A DNA stretch of 39,978 bases, taken from assembly GCA_964605095.1 (NCBI GenBank), contig CAZSBS010000005.1, forward strand, positions 1 to 39,978, written 5' to 3'. Shown here in pieces: positions 27,985-36,734 of the stretch. This DNA comes from an uncultured Planctomycetaceae bacterium (GTDB lineage Bacteria > Planctomycetota > Phycisphaerae > SM23-33). Position numbers and translations under genes: made by a program. Position 1 is the first letter of the stretch, and each line of letters begins with the position of its first letter. Under the pieces are notes generated by a model that ran no database searches, was not told the origin of the DNA, and worked only from the letters and a program-made list of their open reading frames with translations.

Positions 27985-28845
27985 TTGCCGTCTGACGGCG
28001 ACAACCTGTGGCAGTCACGACAGTGCGCGCACGGCCAATCGCCTGGCGGGCCTTCTACGGTGACAATCGAGTTTCGCCTCTTCGGCCAACCCCTGCGACT
28101 GTCCACAACGGCGTCCGAGAAGCCGATGCGCCTGGCGGAGATCGTGCCGCTGGCGTGGGCGGTCTGCGACCATATCGTCCATCGCACGGTCCAGTTCACT
28201 CAGGCCAGCGGGCGCGTACCGTCGTGCCATCGCGGCTGCGACGCCTGCTGCCGATACGCCGTGCCGCTGTCCGTGCCGGAGGCAATGCGCCTCGGCCAGG
28301 ATGTCGCGGCTTTGCCGGCCGGGCAGCGGGCGCGAATCGAGAAGCTCTTCCACCAGGCCGTCGCCCGAATCGTCCAGGCCGGGCCGCCGGCCATTCCAGC
28401 CACCCCGGCCAATGCGGACCCCACGGGCGGCGCGGATGGCAACAAGGCCCTGCATGCCATGGCACAATGGTATTCGTCGCTGGACATGCCTTGCCCGCTG
28501 CTGCTCGAGCGGTGCTGCGACTTCTACTCCTGCCGACCCACCGCATGCCGCGAGCACCTGGCGATCAGCCGGTCCGCTTTGTACGCCGGCAACAACCCCG
28601 CCGCGGGGGAACTGGTGCCACTGCCGGTCAGCGTAACCCACGCCCTGGGCCTGCTGGCCGCGGAAATGGAAGGCTCGCCCGTCGAGGCCATCCTCATGCC
28701 CGCCGCACTTGCCTGGTGCAGGGACAACGCCGCCCGCACAAACGCCGCCTGGCCAGGCCGGATGCTCCTGGAACGATTCGCCGCCATCCTGCGGCGCCTT
28801 GCCGACCAGGCCGAGCAGAAACGCCGCGACGCCGCCGCCGCGTGA
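27985..28845 (+). CDS. YkgJ-family (CxxCxxCC) cysteine-cluster protein
   Basis: SCHRGCDACCR, CPLL, CDFYSCRPTACREH; GGAGG at 27973-27977 favours TTG 27985 as start. Confidence 0.8.
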   Translation: MPSDGDNLWQSRQCAHGQSPGGPSTVTIEFRLFGQPLRLSTTASEKPMRLAEIVPLAWAVCDHIVHRTVQFTQASGRVPSCHRGCDACCRYAVPLSVPEAMRLGQDVAALPAGQRARIEKLFHQAVARIVQAGPPAIPATPANADPTGGADGNKALHAMAQWYSSLDMPCPLLLERCCDFYSCRPTACREHLAISRSALYAGNNPAAGELVPLPVSVTHALGLLAAEMEGSPVEAILMPAALAWCRDNAARTNAAWPGRMLLERFAAILRRLADQAEQKRRDAAAA

Positions 28846-28912
28846 GTGCCGCCCGCGGCAATCCGCCGACATTTATTGCCAAGGCAACGGCCTCTTCGCG
28901 GGCAGCGTACCC

Positions 28913-29096
28913 CTACGGCTTGGTCAGTTCGGTCCGTGCCGCCGCGACAATGCGGTCCAGCAACCGGGGCATCCACAGTTCCTTATCGCCGCAGCATCTC
29001 ATCGTGCGGAACGGACGCGCCTACACGCTGAAGGATTTCCAGCGAAGCGTTGTGTATCCGCTCGATCTGCCCGTCTGTCAGAATCTGGGTAATGAT
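28913..29096 (-). pseudogene. Collapsed remnant of a trimethylamine-methyltransferase (MttB superfamily) gene
   Basis: After AGGAGG: IITQILTDGQIERIHNASLEILQRVGASVPHDEMLRR* (29096-28983), then in another frame KELWMPRLLDRIVAAARTELTKP* (28984-28913). These resemble the MttB-family N- and C-termini. Confidence 0.7.
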
Positions 29097-29120
29097 GGTT
29101 CGGTCCTCCTGCCGGCAGGC

Positions 29121-29298
29121 AAAAAGCACCAAAATTCAAACCCCAAACAAGAACCCAATTACAGCCATCAAACACCAAATGCCAAATCCCAAGACTTCAA
29201 CTTCCCAAAACGGAAAGTTACCCTTGGTTTCTGTTTGGAATTTGCGGTTTATCTGTTTGGAGCTTGTTTGTTATTTGGTGCTTGTGGTTTGGAGCTTA
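29121..29298. repeat. Imperfect inverted repeat built from CCAAA/TTTGG-type short repeats
   Basis: A/C-rich left half and T/G-rich right half; AAGCACCAAA (29124-29133) pairs with TTTGGTGCTT (29274-29283). Confidence 0.7.
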
Positions 29299-29301
29299 GC
29301 A

Positions 29302-30714
29302 TTACGGCATCGCCTTGATCACCAGCCCGTCCGCCAGCGCCCGGTCAAGCGTCAAGACAAACACCGTGTAAATGGGGTCGCGCTTGGCTGCCGGAAGCGT
29401 CAGGTCCACTCCCTTTTCGGTCTGCTTGAACTCGACCGCATCGCCGCCCATGAGTTTCTTGACGGCCGTGATCTTGCCGGGCAGCGGGCTCAGGTCCAGG
29501 GTATCGCCCTTCCAGTCCTTCGCAAACACATACACCGTGTTGCCACGGTGCGACGAGCCGCCCCAGTTGCCGTTGGCGTACGGGCCGCCGCGAGTGCCGT
29601 AAACCGCCTCGGCGCGGGGTTTGACCCAGTCGCCGACCTGTTTCAACAGTTCAACCTGCCGCGCCTCGATCTCGCCTGTCGGCATCGGACCTATATTCAG
29701 CAGAAGATTGCCGCCACCCGTCACGCAGTTGACCAGAATGGTCAGCGTCCTGTCGAGCGTATACATTCTGCCGCCCGGTTTCCAGGACCACTGCCCGCCG
29801 ACAAGAGTCATGCACGACTCCCAGTCATGCTTGAGGTCCATGTGGCCCACGGCCTGCTCGGGCGTGCCGAAATCGCCATCTGTTATCTTTCTGATCTCGT
29901 GAGTCGCCGGCCCGCGGTCCTGAGGGGTGCCCGGCCCGCAAAATCTTGCCGCCCGGTTGTTCACGATCAGGTTCGGCTGAAGCCGGTACATCATCGAGAA
30001 CAACTCGTCGAACTTCCACTTGCCCCAATCCTGCCCGCCGACGTGGTCGAACCACATCACGTCCACCTGCCCGTAGTTGCTCAGCAGCTCTCCCACCTGG
30101 CCGCGATACCATGCATCGTACTTACTGTTGTCACCAACCAGGTAATCGCGGTTATACCAGTCACGCGTCGAGTAGTACAGGCCCAGCCTCATGCCGGCCT
30201 TGTGGCACGCGTCGGCGAACTGCTTGATTATGTCCTTGCCGTAAGGCGTGGCCATGATGTCGTATTCGGTCAGCTTGGAATCGAACATCGAGAAGCCGTC
30301 ATGGTGCTTGCAGATGATCACCATGTACTTCATGCCGGCGTTCTGGGCGATCTTGACCCACTCGTCGCCGTTGAACTTGACGGGATTGAACTTCTTGTAG
30401 AGGTTGTCGTAGAAGGTGTCTTCCGTGCGCGGCGTCTGGACGCCGCTGATGTCCCACGGGCGGTGGGCATCCCGTCCCCAACTCAGTTCCTTGCCGGAAA
30501 GAGACACCGGCCCCCAGTGCAGGAACATGCCGAACTTGGCGTCGCGCCACCACTTCATGCGGGCGTCCCGCTGCTCGGTGGTCTCCTTGAGTTGCGGCAC
30601 CTTGCTCAGGTCCACGCCCTCCGCGCCGCCCGCCCACGACAGCGCAAAGCCAACCACTGCCATGACGAGGAACAATCCCGCAAACAACCTGCAATCATTC
30701 ATCCCACTGCGCAT
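29302..30714 (-). CDS. Alpha-L-fucosidase (GH29), secreted
   Basis: WWRDAKFGMFLHWG, AGMKYMVIICKHHDGF, GLYYS, VMWFD, VNNR, WESCMT, GGNLLLNIGP, EAVYGTR; AGGAG before ATG 30714. Confidence 0.95.
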   Translation of the reverse strand: MRSGMNDCRLFAGLFLVMAVVGFALSWAGGAEGVDLSKVPQLKETTEQRDARMKWWRDAKFGMFLHWGPVSLSGKELSWGRDAHRPWDISGVQTPRTEDTFYDNLYKKFNPVKFNGDEWVKIAQNAGMKYMVIICKHHDGFSMFDSKLTEYDIMATPYGKDIIKQFADACHKAGMRLGLYYSTRDWYNRDYLVGDNSKYDAWYRGQVGELLSNYGQVDVMWFDHVGGQDWGKWKFDELFSMMYRLQPNLIVNNRAARFCGPGTPQDRGPATHEIRKITDGDFGTPEQAVGHMDLKHDWESCMTLVGGQWSWKPGGRMYTLDRTLTILVNCVTGGGNLLLNIGPMPTGEIEARQVELLKQVGDWVKPRAEAVYGTRGGPYANGNWGGSSHRGNTVYVFAKDWKGDTLDLSPLPGKITAVKKLMGGDAVEFKQTEKGVDLTLPAAKRDPIYTVFVLTLDRALADGLVIKAMP

Positions 30715-31102
30715 TGTGGGTCTCCTTCTCATGTTCGACCGAGTATGCCGCGCCAGAATATGCTAAGGTATCCGCCGCCGGTCCTTATTCAATCATCGCC
30801 GCAAGGCGGGCCTTGCCCGCCGCCGCAAATCCACGAAAATAATAGCCGCGCTCCACCAACATTACAAGCCTCTGCCGAGCGCGAGCCCCCGCGCCCGTCC
30901 AAGCCGGCGGAAATGCCCATCTTCGCCACCCGATATTCCGCGTCATTGTCGAAAGAACAACTGGATCCGACGCAACCATGCCTGTACAAGGTAAGCTGCG
31001 AGGGTACAATCGACAAACAGGGTTTTTGGCAACCTGTTTGATACGTTGCCGAGAAGCGTTGTGTTTCCACAAGACAGGCGATCGTTGCGAAAGGAAATGG
31101 TT

Positions 31103-32215
31103 ATGAAAACGCCCAGAGCATTGTGGATCGTTATTCTGGCGTCGCTGGTGACATTGCCAGGCCTGGCACTGGCCCAGGCCGCCGTTCTCGATTTGCCGCT
31201 GGATCGGCAGGTGTTCCAGCGGACCGCCGGCGAGTGGGCTGAGGTTAAGGTGGCCGGGACCGTTCCGACCGGTGCGACCATTGTGGAAGCCAAGGCGAGC
31301 CTCGGCGAGGCGCTGCGGGGCAAGCCTGTGGATTGGACCGTTGTGGCGCAAGGCTCGCAAGTCAAAGACGGACGATTCGCCGGCGCCCTCAAACTGGAAA
31401 CCGGCGGATGGTACACGCTGACAGTGCGATTCCGTAAATCCGCCGACGACCAGGCCAGTCTCGGCGAAGCCGCGGTCGAAAAAGTGGGTGTCGGGGATGT
31501 CTTCGTCACGGCCGGACAATCCAACTCGGTCAATTACGGCAATCCCCGCCAAAAGTCCAACGAGACCTTGTCGGTCTACTTTGACGGAAAGAAGTTCACG
31601 CCCGCCGCGGACCCGATTCCCGACGCCTGCGGCAACGGCGGCACACCCTGGCCTATCCTGGGCGACATGCTCTCCCGCACCACGCGGGCGCCGGTGTGCT
31701 TCCGATCAGCCACGGTGAACTGGGTGCGCGTCCGGGATTGGCTGCCGGGCGCGAAACTGCACAATATCGAACGGCTCGTGGAACGAACCAAGTGGTTCGG
31801 CCCGGCCGGCATTCGCGCGGTGCTCTGGGTGCAGGGCGAGGCGGATGCGGGGCGCGACGATTACACGCCAGCCGAAGACTACGAGCGGGACGCCAAGGCT
31901 ATGATCGAGTTCAGCCGAAAGCAACTCGGCTGGCCTGTTGACTGGTTCGTGGCCGGCACCTCCTATTGCCCGCCCCATGGGCCCAAGGACTGGAAGGTGG
32001 GCATGGCCTCCGTCTTGAAGGCCCAGAAAGCGCTGTGGGACAAAGGCATTGCCTGTCGCGGCCCTGACACAAACGACATCGTGGGCAACCGGGAGTACCG
32101 GCACGACGGCATTCACTTCGGCCCAAGGGGCCTGCTCATCCACGCCGAGCGGTGGTATGCAATCATCTCGACTCGCCACATGTGGACAAACCCGGTGACA
32201 ACGGCCGGGAAATAG
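31103..32215 (+). CDS. Secreted SGNH esterase, sialate O-acetylesterase/SASA (DUF303) type
   Basis: VGVGDVFVTAGQSN, VLWVQGEAD, DGIHF; signal peptide. Confidence 0.85.
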   Translation: MKTPRALWIVILASLVTLPGLALAQAAVLDLPLDRQVFQRTAGEWAEVKVAGTVPTGATIVEAKASLGEALRGKPVDWTVVAQGSQVKDGRFAGALKLETGGWYTLTVRFRKSADDQASLGEAAVEKVGVGDVFVTAGQSNSVNYGNPRQKSNETLSVYFDGKKFTPAADPIPDACGNGGTPWPILGDMLSRTTRAPVCFRSATVNWVRVRDWLPGAKLHNIERLVERTKWFGPAGIRAVLWVQGEADAGRDDYTPAEDYERDAKAMIEFSRKQLGWPVDWFVAGTSYCPPHGPKDWKVGMASVLKAQKALWDKGIACRGPDTNDIVGNREYRHDGIHFGPRGLLIHAERWYAIISTRHMWTNPVTTAGK

Positions 32216-32390
32216 CGGCCCGCGTGGGCGCCGCGGCCTGTTGCCGGGAAATAGAGCCGCGGAGTGGATGAAGACATCGTTTCAGAGGGTTTGCGCGCTC
32301 AGCCCAGGCTGATGCGCCGCAGCCCCGTTCACGGGGCTGAGAAGAAGGTCGCTAAGCACGCACAGGTCGCACATCGCCTGCCGCTCTATT

Positions 32391-33212
32391 TTACCCATTT
32401 TCCCGCCAACGCAAGGTGGCAGTTACGGGGAAGTGGTCGGATGGGTATCGGCCGTTGCGCTTGGCCCGGTCGATGACGGCGTCGATGACGTCGAAATCGT
32501 TCGTGTGCAGGATCCAGTCCAGCCGGCGGCCCAGGCGGAAACCCCGCCCGTGCCACGTGCCCTCCATCCGCTGGCGCTGAGGATGTGCCAGCCTGTAGGC
32601 GTCTTGCAGGACAAGCCCCGCGCCGCCTGGCCCGGCCAGGACCACCTCGTAGACCTTGCGATGGGCGTTGGCATTGAAGTCGCCGGCGATTACGGCTGGG
32701 TCCCGGCCGGCGATGGCGGCGATGCGGTCGCGGAGTATCTCGCCGGATCGCAGGCGCGCCCACCGGCTGAAGGGGTCGAAGTGGGCGTTAAAGAACACGA
32801 TCTGGCGCTGGTCGTCGTGGCGCAGATCCGCCAGGCGGACCCAGTTGCACATTCGCGGGGCCATGGAGCCCCAGTTTCGGCTGCCCGGCGTGTCGGGCGT
32901 CTTGGAGAGCCAGAAGTGGCCATGCTCGATCTTTCGGAACCGCCCCGCCCGGTAGAAAATCGCCACCGACTGGCCCGCGAGCATGCCTTTGTCGCGCCCC
33001 GGCGAGATGAACTCGTACTCGCGAAGCCGCCCGCGAAGGTAGTCCGCCTGCGTCCGCTGGAGCTCCTGGGCGCCGAGCAGGTCCGGGCCATACGCCCATA
33101 TCGCCATCGCCACCGGCTCCTTGCGCAGGCGCCACCGGCCGGCGTAATGGCCGGCATGGGCGTTGAGCACGTTGAAACTCATCACTCGCAGGTCGGGACA
33201 GTTTGGCGACAT
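32391..33212 (-). CDS. Endonuclease/exonuclease/phosphatase family protein
   Basis: VMSFNV, LGAQE, FWLSKTP, FNAHFD, AGDFNA, LDWI, PSDHFPV. Confidence 0.92.
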   Translation of the reverse strand: MSPNCPDLRVMSFNVLNAHAGHYAGRWRLRKEPVAMAIWAYGPDLLGAQELQRTQADYLRGRLREYEFISPGRDKGMLAGQSVAIFYRAGRFRKIEHGHFWLSKTPDTPGSRNWGSMAPRMCNWVRLADLRHDDQRQIVFFNAHFDPFSRWARLRSGEILRDRIAAIAGRDPAVIAGDFNANAHRKVYEVVLAGPGGAGLVLQDAYRLAHPQRQRMEGTWHGRGFRLGRRLDWILHTNDFDVIDAVIDRAKRNGRYPSDHFPVTATLRWRENG

Positions 33213-33308
33213 CGACAGCTATGCTCCGAAAAGAAGTAAGGCTTCATACATCGTAGCACAGTTTAGTACCCCGCCCCGGAAGTTGGGGGCAGAATCTGTG
33301 GTGCCATG

Positions 33309-34100
33309 CTACGGTTTTTCGTCCAGCCGGGCCACCCAGACTGCCCCGCGACGGAAGAGTTCGCACACCGGCTCGCTCAGGGCCTTGACGTCGTGGCCAA
33401 GCGGGCAGTGGAAGACCCGCCCCTTGCCGTAGTTCAGCACGAAGGCCATGGGGTAATCCTTCTTGTCGACCTTCGACGTGGCGCTTGCCAGCACGTGTAT
33501 GGGCGTGTTGCCGTCCAGGCATGTGTACATCTCATCGGTTGTCTCGAACGCCGCCAGGCCCCGGGTGATCGGGTGGTTGGGGTCGGTGATGTTCACCCGG
33601 AAGCTGCCGTGCGGGTCGTGGGCGCGGAGCTTGGGATTCCAGGCCCGCCCCGCGATTTTGGCGAACTCCGGCCAGCCTTGGAACGCTCCGCACGCGAAGT
33701 GGACCAGCACGAGCCCCTTTCCGCCGGCGACGGCCTTGCGGAGGCCCTGGCGGACATTCTCGCCAAGGGCGGGCTTGCCCTCCCAGTTCATGAAGTGCAT
33801 CACGATAACGTCATAGTCCGCCAGTTTCTCCGAGGCCAGGAACTCCGGCGTCTCGACCACGTCGATAGCCAGCCTCGGGTCCTTATCAAGCCCAGCCGCA
33901 AGGACCGGCGCCGTCAGACGCCACTTATGCCCGGGATAATCGACGCCCGTGACTATCAGCACCCGCTTGTCCGCCTTCTTGCCCGGGTGAAACTCCGCCG
34001 GGCCGGCGGGCGCCGCATTCGACTGAGCATCCGACCTTGTCTGCGCCGCCAGCAAGAGGGCAAGCACTACGGCCAATGAGGTCCCCATCAAAGTTTTCAT
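33309..34100 (-). CDS. Secreted ThuA-domain protein
   Basis: VLIVTG..YPGHKW, GKGLVLVHFA, HPITRGL, TDEMY, YGKGRVFHCPLGHD. Confidence 0.88.
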   Translation of the reverse strand: MKTLMGTSLAVVLALLLAAQTRSDAQSNAAPAGPAEFHPGKKADKRVLIVTGVDYPGHKWRLTAPVLAAGLDKDPRLAIDVVETPEFLASEKLADYDVIVMHFMNWEGKPALGENVRQGLRKAVAGGKGLVLVHFACGAFQGWPEFAKIAGRAWNPKLRAHDPHGSFRVNITDPNHPITRGLAAFETTDEMYTCLDGNTPIHVLASATSKVDKKDYPMAFVLNYGKGRVFHCPLGHDVKALSEPVCELFRRGAVWVARLDEKP

Positions 34101-34216
34101 GTCGAGCCTTTCCACTTCAAGTCACTGTTCACCTGCATGGCCAGTACTCCGTTACACGTCAACTGATGGGCCGAATCAACTCATCTGCACCGGCGCCGAC
34201 ACATCAGGAAATCCGC

Positions 34217-34232
34217 TCCCGGCGCGCCGGGA
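34217..34232. repeat. Perfect 16-bp palindrome TCCCGGCGCGCCGGGA inside an AATCCGC heptamer run
   Basis: The same palindrome recurs at 37940-37955. Confidence 0.7.
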
Positions 34233-34253
34233 CGCAATCCGCAATTGTTTGGT

Positions 34254-35603
34254 TCACATTGCCCACGGCGCGCGCATAGCCCGGCTGAGGTATCGGTTGG
34301 CGGCATCGTCGCCGGGGAAGGTCTCCGTTTTCCAGTCCCACGTCAGCTTTCGTTGCGTTCGCGTGGCGATGTCGGCGATGAGGCTCAGCGTGGTGGCCGC
34401 ATGACCGGCCTCGACCGGGGCAACCGGATCGCGCCGCGTGCGGATGCATTCCAGGAAGTTCACGTGGTGATTGTTGGACTCGTAGAGCCGCCGCTCGGCC
34501 GGCTTGATCTCCGCCTTGGCCAGCGAGCCCGGCTCGGTCCAGATGCCGCCTCGATTGACGTGAATCCAACCCTTGTCGCCGGTGAACAGCACGCCTTGCT
34601 TGTAGCGGGCGTTGTCCGCGAAGCCTACCGTCAGGCCGTCGGGGACCTTGAACTCCACGTTCCATGTGATGGACGTGTCGGCCGGGCCGTCTTTGGGGAA
34701 CACCGCCGAGCCGGAGACCTCCAGCGGGCCGGCCAGCAGCGACGGCGCGCCCCACAGGGCGATGTCGCAATGATGGACGCCCCAGGACTGGATCCAGCCC
34801 GCGCAGTAATCGTAGATGAAATACCAGTTGAACGAGCACTTGAGGTCGTTGTGCGGAGTGAACGGCGCCGGGCCAAGCCACATTTCGTAGTCCAGCCCGG
34901 GCGGCACAGGCGTCGTCGGCGCGCTGGGCAATGCCCGCCCGCCGGGCACGCCCACTTCCACTCGCTTAAGCCGGCCGATGTAACCATTGAGCACCAGTTC
35001 GCAGGCGTGGCGGAACTGCCGGTCGGACCGCTGCTGCGTGCCGACCTGGAGCACGCGCCCGTACCGCCGGACGGCCTGGCAAAGCTGCCGGCCCTCGCGG
35101 ACGGTCAGGCTCAGGGCCTTCTCGCAGTAGACGTCCTTGCCGGCCTGCACGGCGCGAGCGGCGATCAGCGCGTGCCAGTTTTCGGGCGCGGCGATGAATA
35201 TCGCATCCACGTCCGGCCGGGCTATTACCTCGCGAAAATCGCTGTACGACGTGCAGCCGTGACCGCCGGCCCGCCCAGCCTTGCCGGTGTAATAGGCGTC
35301 GGCGCTCTTGGCGGCCGCGTCGGCCTTGGGCTTGTTGGCGTCGCACGTGGCCAATATCTGCGCTTGCCCATTGCCCAGCATCGTCCGGAAGTGGTCGTTT
35401 CCGCGAGAGCCGACGCCGACGATCGCCACGCCGATACGCTCCGACGGCGCCGCTCGCCCATCCGCGCCAAGGCTGGAGGCCGGAACGAAATAAGGCGCCA
35501 CCGCCGCGGCCGCGGCAGAGGCAAGGAACCTGCGCCGAGTAATGCCCGCGTTCGAGTCACGGCCCAGATGCCGTGCCGAGCCCGCTTGACCCTGTCGTTT
35601 CAT
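34254..35603 (-). CDS. Tat-exported Gfo/Idh/MocA family oxidoreductase
   Basis: TRRRFL Tat motif; AAPSERIGVAIVGVGSRG, PENWHA, VYCEKAL, QVGTQQRS, YEMWLGPAP, WGVHHCD. Confidence 0.93.
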   Translation of the reverse strand: MKRQGQAGSARHLGRDSNAGITRRRFLASAAAAAVAPYFVPASSLGADGRAAPSERIGVAIVGVGSRGNDHFRTMLGNGQAQILATCDANKPKADAAAKSADAYYTGKAGRAGGHGCTSYSDFREVIARPDVDAIFIAAPENWHALIAARAVQAGKDVYCEKALSLTVREGRQLCQAVRRYGRVLQVGTQQRSDRQFRHACELVLNGYIGRLKRVEVGVPGGRALPSAPTTPVPPGLDYEMWLGPAPFTPHNDLKCSFNWYFIYDYCAGWIQSWGVHHCDIALWGAPSLLAGPLEVSGSAVFPKDGPADTSITWNVEFKVPDGLTVGFADNARYKQGVLFTGDKGWIHVNRGGIWTEPGSLAKAEIKPAERRLYESNNHHVNFLECIRTRRDPVAPVEAGHAATTLSLIADIATRTQRKLTWDWKTETFPGDDAANRYLSRAMRAPWAM

Positions 35604-35847
35604 AAGGGTGTCCTCTTCGAAATGCCCTGTTCAAGCCGCCGATCGGACGATGATCGGCCAGATGGTCTACAGCGTATCAAACACGCCCCGCCACCCGAAG
35701 TGCCGGAACTTCATGTCTGCTCACAGGGCACCACCCCATTGAAGGGGGCGGAATTGGCATGGCACCCCGAAAGGCAAGCAGGCACCCTATGTAGCACTAT
35801 GGGGCATTGCGCAGCCCTCTGCTGGACTGCAAAGATCGCTTTGCCCA

Positions 35848-35904
35848 TTGACCGCCGAGGGCTTTGGATTACAATGATCTATTGCAGTATTGCAGATTAT
35901 TGCA
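35848..35904 (+). promoter_or_regulatory. Promoter plus three TATTGCA direct repeats (probable operator)
   Basis: TTGACC (35848-35853), 16 bp, TACAAT (35870-35875); TATTGCA at 35880, 35888 and 35898. Confidence 0.65.
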
Positions 35905-35936
35905 TACGCGATTCACCGAGGCGGAAAGGAAGACCC

Positions 35937-36671
35937 ATGGCCGCATCCGGCAGCGATAACGACGAGATAATGACGGTCTCAGAGGTTGCGGAATACCTGC
36001 AACTTGCTGAAAAGACGATCGTTAGGATGGCTCAGCGCGGCGAAATCCCCGCGGCGAAAGTCGCCAGCCAGTGGCGGTTCATGAGGTCGCTGGTCCGCGA
36101 GTGGCTCGTGGCGGAGATGCAGACCCTCCCGGCCGGGCGGCTCGACGACGTGGCGGGCCGGGAAGACGCCCTGCTGGGCCTCGATGAGATGATCCGGCCG
36201 GAACTTATGAACCTGGACATAAAGCCGGGCCCCAAGGAGGCGGTGCTTCGGCAGATCGTCGGACCTCTTGTCCAGATGGGCTTCGCCGCCGACCCCAGCC
36301 GGCTTCTGGCGAGCCTGCTGGAACGTGAGCGGATGATGACCACAGCCATCGGCCACGGCGTTGCCCTGCCGCACCCCCGAAAGCCGATCACGGGAATGTT
36401 CCCGGAGCCTGCCATCGCACTTGGCGTATGTCCGGCCGGGACGGACTTCGACGCCATCGACGACCAATTGGTGAACGTGTTCTTCCTGATCTGCGCGACA
36501 CGCGAGGAAATCCACCTCCAGTTGATGGCAAAGGTGGCCTGGCTTTCGCGACGGGACGTGCTGGGTCAACTCCGCACCGCCCGCGACGCCCAGAGAGCCC
36601 ACGAGATCATCGCCCAGGCTGTCCAAAGCATCGACGCCAGCCGGTCGCACGCCAAGCCGCGCGGAAAATGA
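35937..36671 (+). CDS. Excisionase-like HTH (HTH_17) fused to PTS EIIA (PtsN-like) domain
   Basis: IMTVSEVAEYLQL...GEIPAAKVASQWRF; LLERERMMTTAIGHGVALPHPR with the phospho-His; DFDAIDDQLV; HLQLMAK. Confidence 0.92.
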   Translation: MAASGSDNDEIMTVSEVAEYLQLAEKTIVRMAQRGEIPAAKVASQWRFMRSLVREWLVAEMQTLPAGRLDDVAGREDALLGLDEMIRPELMNLDIKPGPKEAVLRQIVGPLVQMGFAADPSRLLASLLERERMMTTAIGHGVALPHPRKPITGMFPEPAIALGVCPAGTDFDAIDDQLVNVFFLICATREEIHLQLMAKVAWLSRRDVLGQLRTARDAQRAHEIIAQAVQSIDASRSHAKPRGK

Positions 36672-36734
36672 CGGGAGCCGCCAGCGAGTGTACAATTACC
36701 TGGAGACGCAAATCGCGCCGGAAAGGGCTCTGCC

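Noticed and set aside
34245-35936. 808-aa ORF suggesting a long N-terminal extension on the HTH-EIIA protein
   Set aside because: The extension is the antisense shadow of the Gfo/Idh/MocA gene; a promoter and RBS support ATG 35937.
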